Assembly (NCBI GenBank): GCA_009103225.1
Contig: RHPI01003369.1
Location: forward strand, 913,490-977,489
DNA from: Chlorokybus atmophyticus
Lineage: Eukaryota > Plantae > Mesostigma and Chlorokybus algae
Length of the DNA stretch: 64,000 nucleotides
Direction of reading: 5' to 3'
Shown piece after piece: positions 1 to 12,703 of the stretch (positions within the stretch are counted from its first letter, which is position 1; the number at the start of each line of letters is the position of its first letter). The position numbers and the translations under genes were made by a program. Under the pieces are notes generated by a model, which saw only the letters and a list, made by a program, of their open reading frames with translations, was not told the DNA's origin and searched no databases.

Positions 1-291
1 CCCGCCTGCAACACTGGACCAGACCAAAGCAGAGCAGAAAAGTCAGTCAGCCCTAATCGCTAACGGCTGACAGGACGGTGGATTCTACATCAACAGGCAA
101 AAGCTCGTTTGAAGTTCAAAACCACGTGCCACCTTGTTGGCGATGCAACAGCCACTTTCTGCGCCCGAAATAGGCGCAGAAGTCCCCGGCTGCATCGCCC
201 GTGGCGGCGGCGGCGGGCAAGGAGGAGGAGGAGGAGGAGGAGGAGGAGAAGAAAGAATAGGAGGAGGAGACGGAGGAGGATAGAACAAAAT

Positions 292-1762
292 ATGGAGAGC
301 TTTCCTCTGTCTCTGACGCTGGAGGCGCTGGCAGATGCGGGGATGGCGCTGCCTGCGGAGCAACGCGCTGCAATTGAAACCAGCCTGCCTCTCAAACGAG
401 CTGAGGCAAGTGTATTATATTATTCATTATGTGTCATAATTTATCTGTAAGTGGTTCATGAGTTAGCTCAATGTGTTTAACACAATACAGGCTGGTTTGA
501 GGAACCTGTCGCTGTGGGGCCGCATCAAAGCCCTGAACGGGCGCGACTACCTCATTGCCCGCTCCGTCACAAGCGCAAGGACCGCATCATCCCTCGCAAC
601 CTCAACTTCCACCTCCGCATCATCACTGAGCGACATCGTCATCGACGCCAAGTACTACTACAGGTACACCACCACCACCACCACCACCACCACAGTCACC
701 ATAACTGCAACCAAAATCACCACCACCACAACAACACCAAGCCTCTCGCCCCACTCTCTTACCCTCCCCAGCCAAGACGCCGTCAAATGGCTCGACCTCG
801 AGTCCCTCCCCCTCCCGGGCCTCGACGAGTCCCTCCGCCGCGCGTCTCTGCTGCGCGGGCACTTCTCCGGAGATCCCGGTCGCGTCCACACGGCCAAAGA
901 GGAGGCGCCGGAGCCAGAGCCTGGGAGCCAAGCCCAAGCCCAACCTCAGGAAGGGAGTGGGGAGGGGGAGGGTGGTGAAGGGGGGGAAGGAGGGGAAGGG
1001 GAGGGAGAGGGAGAGGAGGGAGAGGAGAAGGGACCCAAGATGATCACGTATGAGATACCAGAGGTGAGTGGGTGGACCACCTACACACATATGCCTGATG
1101 TGTGGGTGGGTAGATGTGTGTGGGGGTGCATGCGTGGGTGTGGGGTTGCGTTGTGCTGAACTGTGTTTGTTGCAGCTGCAAAGGCTTGCGGCTGCGATAC
1201 ATATGATTGAGATGGACTGTGCGGTGCTGCCGAAGGGTACGGTGATCTTGAACGCAGAGAACAACGTTGTCGCCAACCGGATGTTTGCCGGTACGCTTCA
1301 AGAAAGTCACATGATGCCTTAGCCCCCTTTTCTATACTAGCGTTCGTCACTTCACGTCTGAACGCCCCTCTCCTGTTGCAGGGCTTGAGCACCCCTGCAA
1401 GCTGGAATCTTATGTACGCATGCACTCAGCACTTGGCAACCAGTCCCTCGCAGACGACATACCAGGTGAGTCTAACGTCCAACCTACACAGATGCAATGC
1501 GAGCACATGCGCATGCACAGCTCACACTTGAACAACGCAAACACACGAATATGCACGGAAACTCACGCCATCCCCCTACTCAGGTGCGTGGGTGTTGCGG
1601 TGGGAGGGTGCCCTGTCGGGCCCGGCGGTGACGCTGCAGTCCCTGCTGCACCGCGGCTACGCCTTCTGCTACCGCGAGGCCGAGCAGGGGGGACGCGCGC
1701 ACTGGGGAGGGCTGTACTATGGAGACGGCATGCGCGCCGATGACCTCGTCTTCTGCACTTGA
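292..1762 (+). CDS. RSPH9: Radial spoke head protein 9 (multi-exon)
   Basis: GT-AG exons join to MESFPLSLTLEALADAGMALPAEQRAAIETSL..LSLWGRIKALNGRDYLIA..HFSGDP..LQRLAAAIHMIEMDCAVLPKG..QSLLHRGYAFCY..GLYYGDGMRADDLVFCT*, matching the RSP9 family (LWGKI, F.GDP, RSL.W.G, Y.G.G...DL.F). Confidence 0.88.
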
Positions 1763-2804
1763 GGGATGGACCACAGAGAAAGGAACTACGGGGAAGTGTT
1801 AGTCGATGTATGTATGCGTAATTCAAGCAGAGATAGATGTACTATTTGTGTTTTGAGTGTCATATCCAAGACAGTGCGGATGTTGTGTGCGCTGCTTGGC
1901 ATCTCTTGCAGCATTCAGGGTAGATTTGCGAGCACGCAGTGCACATATGAGTTTGTGTAGTGCCCAAGCAATGTTCTGTGTTGCTTATCACACTTCAGCA
2001 GCCAAGCTTGCCATGGTACTGCATAAAAAAAGGAATGGGAATTTCGTGCATGCAAGGTCGCACATGCCGCGATCACATGCAAAGAAGACTCGTTACACTC
2101 ACCAATCACACAACCAAACATAACTACCAGGCTGGTCAGTAACTATTTCATTGCTTCACCTATTGCTTACCTACCTACTAACCGGCGTGCTTGCATGCAG
2201 CTGGCATGCGTGTGAGTATGCTTGTGCAGTGATAGGCAGAGATGACAGTGCGTAGCTTGGTGTGACGATGTAATAGGCATGGATGACAGTACGTAGCTAT
2301 GTGTGACGATGTTGCTGTACTAGTAATGAGAGAGACTAACCACCCCCGTTAGTCGTGCATGCACGCTCATAGTCAGTTGGTTGCCTGCACGCATGTGCAG
2401 CCAATTAGTCTTCACAGCAGCCAGTAGCAAGAGCAGCAAACGGACTCCCACTCCCACTCTGCCGTTCTCCTTCACCCACGCCGTCACTTCCCATGTTTGC
2501 ATGCACACATGGGAATATCAACTAACACAGCTGCTGTATGCACATCGTGCCTCTCTGATGCATGTGCGCAATAGCACGTCACACATATCCTGTACACTCT
2601 CTTACAATACCTACGCTGCACACAAGAGTTATATGTATCAACAATTGCAAACTAGTGTCACCTCCAATCGTAAGGCAAAAATACACAGAATACTACATCT
2701 GGCCGCGTTGGCTGCAGCCGTGAAAGTGTTGAGCCCTACAGAATAATGTAATTCAAAGGCCTGTGTCTTTCCATTGGCTCGACATCGTTGACAGGTGGCT
2801 GTGA

Positions 2805-5572
2805 TTATGAGGGCCAAAACTGGCTTGCCAAAAGAGCAACGCCGGCGCCCAAAAGGCCAACGTGGCCAGCAATGCTGACTACAGACGCCTTGCCCGCTGC
2901 CCGCTGTGCTTGCAGATGCACAGCCACCGGCAGTAAGTAAATGAGAATCAGCCCGCAGAGTGCACCCGCGTATCGCAGCACGGAGCCAAGGCCCACCTAA
3001 GCAGAAGCAACAGCCAAGTAAGCAACCACCAACAAAGAAAACTATCTCAGATGATTGACTTAAAAAACAGTAGCAATGCGAAGCAAGGCACTATGCACAC
3101 GCCTTGATGCAACTAAACTCAACCCACGTAACGCACCACTGCAAAGGTACCTGAAATGCGGCACACAGAGAGGCACCAGCAACGATGGTAGTGTTGAGCA
3201 AGAACACTGGCAATGAACCGGGATGGATGCCTGTACCATGGCTGAGGCTGAAGAGCTGCGTGCGCAGTATGTATAGCAAAAGCGGGTAGACAGTGACCAG
3301 CTGGCACGTCACAGCTAAACGTGCTGAGGAGGCCAATGCGTCTGTGTAACCAAACACGGCCAAGAAGTTCATGGCCGTTACTTCACCACCGGGTGCCTCT
3401 CTCTTAGCAACCCACTGTTCTGCATAGTTCCCTGTTGCAACAACCAATTTGGGAGGCAGCCACTTACTGGTTCTGCATCAACATCCCAGTGCGACACTGA
3501 AAATGTACATGTCACTGTGTCATATATGAATTAGCACGCACCTACGACGCCAACGGAGATGTAGCAGACACAACTAAGAATGTACGCAGCAGCCAAGTTT
3601 CGCCGATTGTGATGACGCTTTGTGGCGCTCTGCAACCGAGCAATGAGTATGTGCCAGCAACGCAACAAATGCACCAGGCAGCTGTAACTGCCACTGCCCA
3701 CAAGGCTACTCAAAACAATTAGTTGTCCTGTGTAACGTACCTGGCATATCGGTAAACAAGCATGGTGGACAAAAAAGGAGCTGGCGCAGACTCCCGCCAG
3801 GTGAGCAAAACTCTTACTGTAGTATGGTTTGATGTAAGGTACTGTTGCTATAGGGCCAACCCACAAGCTCTGCAAGCCGAGGTGCATCATGAGCACTGCC
3901 AAAGCTTGTCATGACAGCAAACATTGCATGACTATACTTCAGTAAAAGTAGCAACGTTACCTGGAAAAACATGAAGAACAGTGTGTAACCGATGAACACC
4001 ACGCCGTAGCTGCTTAGATTGGCCAGGGGCTTGAGATTCTTCAGCATGGTGAGAGGCAGCAACAGGAGTGCGACAATACCAACGGCGCAGTACGGTGACC
4101 AGTGCTGACGCAGCAACTCTAGGACTCCACCACCCCCATACTTGCTTGCGGCAGGGTCACTCCCAGCAGCCATCAGTGCGCCTTGCACGATGGCGTAAAC
4201 GCTGTCCACAATCAGTATGTCATAGGATATGGCTGCAATCCACAGGACGGCTTCAGACCCAATTGTGCTTGGTGAGGAGCAGGCTGTACTTGTATGTGCA
4301 TGTGCTTTACAAACACCCACCGCCAGCTACAAGTATGAGCACAGTGGTCACAATGGATAGTGTTCGAGCCCATCCACCAAGGTGCTGCGCAGCAACCTCC
4401 GCGAAAGAATCATGATCACCACCATGCGTCACCATGAGAATGCATGTGTAACAACAGATTGCTCCTGCCATGGAGTTGAGACAAACCATCAGCCATCTCA
4501 TTGTTCAGCCCATTGACATGTATGACATGATGGCGCTAGGGGCTTGCTGTACAGGCCTCGACCAGGGCGTACCAACCAAGAGCGTAATGATTGTGCCAAG
4601 AAGCATCCCAGCTTCACCAAAAGCCCATGGCAGCACGAGGATACCACCGCCAACCTGTTCGTGATGACAGGGAGCTTCAGAGCATGATGCATGCTTTAGC
4701 CATATTAGCTGCCTCATTGATTATAATGCTCACGCAGCTCTTCAGCCAACCTTAACTTACTTAACATAGTCGGATACGTGTGCACACAGCTGTGTAGCAT
4801 CAGCCAAGCACATAAAGTACTATGCGTACCATGGAATTTGTGAGACAAAACACGGTTGAGAGGTCGCTGCGACCAATCCTAACGACCACAGCGCGAGGAG
4901 ACAGATCGGGGTCGCATTCCTCGGGATGCACAAAGTATTCATCCTTTACTGCTTCCCTGCAACGTAAGCTGATATCAGATACGTCAAGTCGGACACGCAA
5001 AGAGAGCAATTAATCTAGTCGCTTCCATGTTACATGGCCAGCATCACCAATGCAAGACTAAGCAGCGCCGAGATCAAGCTTGTCAAGAAAACAACTCGGG
5101 CAGCGAACCCGTTCATAATCTCACCAATCTCAAAAGCACGCAGTGTGTGTGCATGTGTCAACACGCGCATGGGTGCGCAAGTGCGTGTATGCACGCTCGT
5201 AACATCAGTTGGTTACGTGATGTATGCAGTACTGCTTGCTTCCACAGAGATTGCTGCGAGTCAGCATGACAGCAGCGCACTGGGTGACAGGGACATATTT
5301 TTGTCCCAACATGCATACAATGCACCTCAGGCCTGACACAGTAGCACAGCTGGGAGACAATATATGCAAGAAGCAGCATACAAGTTACTCTCAGTCACCG
5401 ACCTGTCAATCAGCGGCTGGCGAAGAGCAGCCATGGTGGCCGCGCCGGACCTGGTGCGCTCAATGAGCACCATCCCGCCGAACTGCACCTCGCCTATCAA
5501 CGGTGCTGCGCCGCCACCAGTATCAACCGCATTTTGGCGATGATCCACCTTGTCGGGCAGCGGCTCCTCCAT
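2805..5572 (-). CDS. SLC38A9: SLC38A9-like amino acid transporter (Aa_trans family, multi-exon)
   Basis: Exons encode HPEEC..SP..TVFCLTNSMVGGGILVLPW, HLAGVCASSFFVHHACLPI, NRRNLAAAYILSCVCY, ARLAVTCQLVTVYPLLLYILRTQL; these parallel SLC38A9 segments as recalled (NTMMGTSILSIPW, FFIHNC, RDL.IAY.LV..TY, FQMMTVYPLLGYLARVQL). Early small exons are not fully resolved. Confidence 0.8.
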
Positions 5573-5826
5573 GCCGCCACCACCGCCACCGCACCAGGCC
5601 AGGCCAGGCCAGGCCAGGCCAAGCTAGGCCGAGGCAACTCCCTGCGTCCATGAAAACTTTCAAGGACGCACAACACCCTTAAAAATACGTTCAGCAACAT
5701 TCCCAAGTGTGTAGAGAATAACTTCACATTACGTCGAGGATCGCCCGAGATTTATGAGACGGTCGGGTTCAGCAAAGGGAGTCCCTCAAAAATTTTCCAG
5801 GACGAGCCTTGCCTGAGCCAAGCAGC

Positions 5827-5835
5827 AAACCCTAA
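5827..5835 (+). promoter_or_regulatory. Telo-box (AAACCCTAA) in the SLC38A9/RBM25 divergent promoter
   Basis: Exact AAACCCTAA just upstream of a probable 5'UTR intron of RBM25; a related AACCCTAAA lies at 25655-25663 upstream of ELP4. Telo-boxes are known near plant RNA-processing and translation genes. Confidence 0.45.
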
Positions 5836-6277
5836 CCGCGGCGACAGCTTCGCGCAGCCAGGGCGGCGGTGCTGTCGTGGGCGTTAGGGGGCGGACGGAG
5901 GCTGGGAGCGCAGCTCTGTGGTGAGTGTGTTCTGCAGTTGCCATCAATCTGCCACAGAGTTCCTTCCTGGGGTTGTGTGTTTTTGTGCGTAATGCCGTGT
6001 ATTCGTGATGCCGCTCTTGCTCCGTTGAATATAGGAGCTTGCTAGTCGCTCGCGGATTTGGCTTGATTGCACGCATGTGGAGTCAGTTGGTCAATGCTGA
6101 CATCTGAGTGATGCATCAAACGAGTTTTTGTAAAATGCGTGCATGTGTCTTGTGGGCATGCGTCCAGCGCAAGGACACTGATACGGTGGTTGATTACTCA
6201 GGATGACCATGTAGCAACGAGTCCCTGCAGCATCAAAGACTGTAGAGTAGAGTACCTTAGGGTGGAGGGCCAAAGCT

Positions 6278-9200
6278 ATGGAAGTCGATCAGCCTCCGCC
6301 ACCAGGACAGTCACCACCACACGAGCAGCCCCCGCCTCCTGGGCTGTCTGTGCCGATGGCGTCGCCTACGCCGCAACCAATATTTGGTGCCGGCATCCCT
6401 CTGGCACCCTATGGGTACACACCGGGTAAGCAGTTGCTGTGTTGTGGCCATAGAGATGGTCATTGCATGTTGGCCGGTTGTCAGAATGCAGGCTGTGCTG
6501 CAGCAGCGACAACATCACTGGTTAGACCGCTGAGCTTGTGTAGGTGACGGTTTGTTTGCATTCTTGCTCGTAACAGTTGCTACTGGTTGCGCTGTCGACT
6601 GTTCGGCGTCAGCTGCATCATGCTGTATGAGCCACTGGCTTCTCCTTCACCCTCACTCCAGGCGGTATGCACTTGATTTTGCAGTTGCAAAGTTATGACT
6701 TTAAGCTTGTCATGTATGGCTCAACTATGCTCACGAGCTGGGGGTGGCTATGCTTCTTTTGCTGCTTTTGTCTTAATTCAGCTTGCCTGTTGGAATAGCA
6801 CAGCCGATCATTGCACTCGTGGGTAGGTGTTCTCAGAGTGTTGTGGCACATCATTGAAGGCATACAATCTTGAAGAGTTTTCATTTGCATTCACGAGCTC
6901 CATTGTTGCTGTTTGTGCCAAGCACTGACATGGTTGCCAGCAGTGCCGTATCCAGGTCTGCCGCAGCCTTTGCTCAGTCATCAATACCAGTACACGCCTC
7001 CGGTGAGGACACAGTTCCGACCTGCAGCACGGCGCTATCTGACGCCAGTTGTCAAGGCCTCACCGCAGACCACGGTCTACGTCGGCAAGATTGGTCCACG
7101 GGTGGACGACCAGTTCATGCGTAGCCTGCTTGAGGTGATTTCACCAATCGCATTGGTATTGGATGGTTGTCGGCATCCTTCGTGCTCACAATTTGTGCAC
7201 AGAAGTGCGGTCCTGTGCAAAGCTGGAAGCGAGTGCAGGATCCTGAGACGGGCAAGCTGAAGGGTTTTGGTTTCTGCGAGTTCAGCACTGCTGAAGGTGT
7301 TCTGAGAGCTCTGCATGTACTCAAAGCTCTGGCCGTAGATGGGCAAGAGTTGCTGGTGAGTGATTGTCGTATTATATAATAACCTTCTTGTCGGATGGTC
7401 TTCTATCGTGGACTTGCTCGTGGCAATGTTCTATTTGTATAATTTGCAAGATTCTCAGTGCGCATTCATCAGGTGAACGTCAATCAAGCGACCCAAAAGT
7501 ATGTTGACGAGTATATCGCCAGGAAAAAGGCTGCAACTGAAGTTGGCGTGGCTGCACAGCCAGAAGCAGAGCCTGCCCGGGATGTTGACAGCAAGATGGT
7601 TGAAGCTGAAGCTGTGCCAGTTGAGGACGCCGAGAAACATGCATTAGCAGCCAGCAGTGATTCAACTCAAGCAGCAGATAACTTGCAGTCCACAGCTGCA
7701 GAGGAGGCAACAACAACTGATATCACAGCGGAGGCAGCGACAAGTGAACCCAAAGAAGCAGCAAAGACTGACGAAGAGCAGATAGCAGAGCTGCGCACAG
7801 AAGTTTTCCAAATGGTCGAAGAATGGTGCGTTATCTGTCAGCATGAGCAATGCGCTAGTATGCCCGTTCATGCTGGCATTATGCTGTCTTGCTGCAGTGA
7901 TCACAGCTGCTTGTGACATATAGGATTAAGCTTGTTATGTGGATGTAGATATTATGTGACGTCATGTGCTGGGGTATCCATGCTTCAGTCTTGTTTGCCT
8001 GGCGACTATGCACTTTGCTGATTTCTACCAACTGCAGGGAGAACAGCCTACCACCGCCAGAAGAAATTGGTGTGGATGAAGTTGCAGGTGATGCTTTGGT
8101 CTGGGACGAAATGTTTGCTGATGGCATCAGAGAGTTCCTTGTACACTAGCCTTGTTGGGCTATTGTGGATTGGCTTCTATGTTGCTGCTGAGTGCTTACA
8201 CATGGGGTCAGGGCAAGTTTCGTCACTGACAGTACCTGGACAACCACTTGACAGATATTGCAAGAGCATCACGTGAGAAGCTGGAGCAGGATTTTTTCAA
8301 GGAACAGAAGCCTGAACCAGGAGGATCAGAAGGAGTTGTTACTCCTGAAACACGGCACAGCGAAGGAAATCATAGCCGCGAGAGGGAGCCGTCCCGTGAC
8401 AGGGAACGCACGCGCGATCGACCTCGAGACATATCTCATGACAGGAATCGAGCGGTGCGTGATGATCAAGGCAGGGCAAGGGAACGGAGAGATACAGATG
8501 GTGAGCATAAGGCTACTGACCAGCACGAGGCAAAGGGTGAGAAGGCACAGGCTGAGCCTCCTCCTGAGCCCAAGACGCGGCGTGAACGGCAACGTGACAT
8601 GGAGTTAGAGTACATGGAGCGCATGTACAAGGATCGTGAGCGTCAATGGGAAGCGCGTGAGTATGACAAAGAGCGCGAGCGCGAGTATTATCAGCGACGA
8701 GAGAAGGAGTTGGACTGGGAGCGACAGCAAGAAATTGAAACAGAGAATGAAGCAGATGACAACCATCGCTATCGCTACAAGATGCGTCGGGAAAGGTGCA
8801 TGCTCAAACTGATCATGCACACCTACTGACTGCTGAGTCATGTTGCACGCGTTGTTTTGCACAATGTCTGACATGTGGGTGACAGTTACTTTGTTGAGAT
8901 ACGCAAGCGACGACAACGAGAACGTGAAGAGGATGAGCTTGACCGGCTGAAAGAGCTGGAAGAAATGGCCGCAAAACGTTTGCGTGCTGCACGTGAAGCA
9001 GCTTTGCCACCTCCAGAGGTCCTCAAGGAAGTCATTGCACCCAGATTAACAGGGTTGCCGGAGACGCGAGTCAATGGGGATGCTGTAGACCACTCTGAAA
9101 CAAGCGATCCTTCAGCAAGACAATCAGGTCAGTTGCAATGCTCATACAAGTGTGATATTCAACAAAACAACACAATGAGGATGTGCAGTACTTAGCAGTA

Positions 9201-10185
9201 ATCATTCATGGTTTCACAACTTGCATGTCTTGGGTGCTCGATTGACAGTTCTGATGGTGTATGTGTTGTGCAGAAGCTGGCCAGCAGTTTGCAAGGCCAA
9301 TTAGTGAGAAACGCTCTGATCCTGGGGCACAGGCAGTCTACGCTGCACTAGCAGCTGTTGCTGAAGCAGAGGCGCGCAAGGCAGCAGAAGAAGCTGAGGC
9401 AGCTGCGGCTGAGAGGAAAAAGCTGGAGCTGCGGATAGCAGCTGGTGGTGGTGGTGGCAAGCGTCCTTTCAAGTCAGTATTCGGTGTTGACGAGGAGGAT
9501 CCTGAGCAGGAGGCCCGTCGCAGAGTGTTAGAGAAGAACAGGAAAGACTTGGAAGACATCCTCAAAGATCAGCGGGAGGTGGCAGCTGCGACGCTAGTTC
9601 ATCCTAAAGTTCCTGAACCTGAAGATAACAAAGTCAGGTCGAAAGACAAGGAGCGTCATAGTAAACACAGAGATGAGTCCAGGCATGGCAAAAGTAAAGA
9701 TCGCTCTGATAAGCATAAGGAGAATGGCAAAGATGTGGACTTTAAGCCCAAGGATGTCAAGGCCTTGATTGACAGTCTGCCAACAAAGCGTGATGAGCTC
9801 TTTGTGTTCCCAATCGATTGGGCTGTCTTTGAACAGGTGGGATGACTTGGTTGGGATGTGTTCTACTCTACGCAGTTGTCCATGTGGCCTATCACATTCT
9901 GGTGTACTTTGCATTTGCAGTTCACTTGTCGTAACTGTTGAGTGCGTGCAGGCCAAGGTAGCGGACAAGCTGCAACCGTGGGTCAACGCAAAGGTCAAGG
10001 ACTTCCTCGGACAAGAAGAGGCTGATCTGGTGAAGTTTATTGTGGGCAAGGTCGAAGCGCACATAGCTCCAGAAAGCCTCTTGACGGAAATCGCTGCTGT
10101 GTTTGACGAGGAGGCAGAGATGTTCTTGCTGAAATTGTGGCGAACTCTGTTATTTGAAGTGCAAAAAGCCAAGTTTGGGCTGTAG
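6278..10185 (+). CDS. RBM25: RNA-binding protein 25 / Snu71-like splicing factor (RRM + RE-rich + PWI)
   Basis: Pro-rich N-terminus, RRM (TTVYVGKI..KCGPVQSWKRVQDPETGKLKGFGFCEF), RE/RD-rich middle, C-terminal PWI (LQPWVNAKVKDFLGQEEADLVKFIVGKV..EAEMFLLKLWRTLLFE). Confidence 0.93.
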
Positions 10186-10890
10186 CACGAGTGTCAATGA
10201 TCGATCCCATACTTTTCCCACGAAGTTGATCTTATGCATCTGCTTCTGTGGATGCTACATCAATAGCATGGCACGCCCAAACTGTCTTCTACGAGCACCG
10301 ATTGCTTCAGCTATCCGCCTCGGGCATGTCCGCCTTGGAACCTGTGCGCTGCGCTGTTGCCCTATTGTTGTCTAAGCTTGCATGCTCGATGATGCTTGTA
10401 TGGCGCTTGTCTTACAACGGCGCCACTGTTGCTTGCGCTTGCATGCCCTTGAGTACCCTTGCTTGGCGTTGGCGCGTACACTCTCAGCCGCTACATGACA
10501 GTAGCAATTTAATTGAAACATATGTGCCACTGCGGCACTGCACTGGTCTGCAAATGCTGCATGTCGCAATCAGAAGTTGAAGCGGAAAGCAACAAAACCA
10601 ATCAATCAAGCAAGCGTGACTTGGCTTGTAAGGCAGGGCACTGCAGTACGAGCAGCATGTGCTGTTAACACGTGTTGCATGGTACAAATGTAGCAACTGC
10701 ATTGACATGCTTTTTGGGCCGTATTGCCACATCCGACGCCCGTATTGGCAAGGAGTTCGACATCCTTGTCATGAAGTTTGCTGTATCACATGCGTGGCGT
10801 CTACCCAACGGCAGCCCTGTTGCAAGTAGCAAAGCTGACGAACTGGCCTGCTGTCAACACACACAAGCAATTAGCAAACCTTTCCGTAAC

Positions 10891-11383
<493 letters not shown>

Positions 11384-11651
11384 NGTGTTTATCTGTATAC
11401 ACACGTACAGGTTGTACATAACCGGGTGCATGTCGGTTCGGCATTACACATGAATCGACTGATCCTGCACATAGTTGCATTTGTGCTTCTCATTAGCCAC
11501 GGCCCCTAGCGGAGTTAGGTAGGTTGTGTTATGTGTGAGTCGAGCAGGCTGGGTGCCATGGAGTTGGGAGGCTTGCCTGTTTGCCTTGAAATTTGCTGCT
11601 GCTGCTGACCACGCACGCACATACATGTATACACAGCTCGACACGGCTCAG

Positions 11652-12103
11652 CTAGGCAACATCTTTGCGGCAGGCGTCATTGTTGGCGAGCTCGAAGCGG
11701 CTCTCCGCATACAACAGCTGGCGCTCCAGCGACTCCAGCTTCCCGTTCATCGCCGCCAGCCTCCGCCTCGTGCTCGCCTCTAGATGGACAAGCAATGTTG
11801 TGCATGCTTGTCACACTAACTGAACAAGGATTGCGCATGCGTGACACTGACTGACTCACGTCACCTGCAGTACCTCACATACACCGCATACACACGACAC
11901 CTCACGCAACATGAAATACACAAACGTTTGTTGTAGTGCAACACACAAACAAACACAATCAGGACGCGTTTGAAAGAGTTTCAAGTACCGAAGTCGGCGA
12001 CGAAATGTCCTATCTTGACGACTTGCAGCTGCAGCCGCTCGTTAAAGGCGCGGTTGTCCCAGTCTTGCTGCACTGCAGCCGTCGTTGTCGCCGTCGCTGC
12101 CAT
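11652..12103 (-). CDS. BRK1: BRICK1/HSPC300 subunit of the SCAR/WAVE complex (2 exons: 12103-11989, 11779-11652; 80 aa)
   Basis: Spliced MAATATTTAAVQQDWDNRAFNERLQLQVVKIGHFVADFEASTRRRLAAMNGKLESLERQLLYAESRFELANNDACRKDVA*; QDW.NR.F..., F..S.R.RLA.LN.KL..LER signature and size match BRK1; GT-AG phase-1 intron. Missed by the ORF track. Confidence 0.9.
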
Positions 12104-12703
12104 CTTCTAACCTCTACTCTCGCACAACACAGTCACTCCCCTCAGAGCTCACCAACTACCACTCATTGCTGTGGCTCCTCAGAGCTCAGCTTCTCTCATT
12201 GCTGTTGCTGATATGACAAGCGCTCAAGCGCGTGCACACCTATTTGACGTCGGCATGTCATCCAAGCAGCGTACCCCGCCCACCAGAGCCACGAGACACT
12301 GACAACAACAACGCCAAACGCCTTAATGCCAAGCATTGTGTATATTACCAACTTTCTATGATAGCAATCATTCTTGGAGAAAGTCTCTGCGCTTTTGGAG
12401 TTTCCTGCACTTTTTGTCTTAGGGTTTGCAAAACTCCGGGAGCTTTTCCTACGGAATTTTTCTTCTTGTGCTGTGATGCCGCGGGCTACATGTCAGTGCG
12501 TGGTATCTGCTTGTCGGTGGCGGCGGCGGCGGCGGCGGTGGCGGCTACGGTGTCGGTGTGCTCGGCGCTGGCTGGGCTCTTGGTATCGTGGAGATGGGGT
12601 GTTGTGCGATGGCTGCGGGGATGTGGTGTTGTGGTGGCTGCTTGAGCTTTCAGATTAGCCGGCAGTAAGCGGCGAGGGTCTTCTTTGTGTGGTAGCCCAG
12701 CTT

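Noticed and set aside
2232-2312. Two-copy ~41-bp tandem duplication
   Set aside because: Ordinary slippage duplication in intergenic DNA; not CRISPR-like (no spacers).
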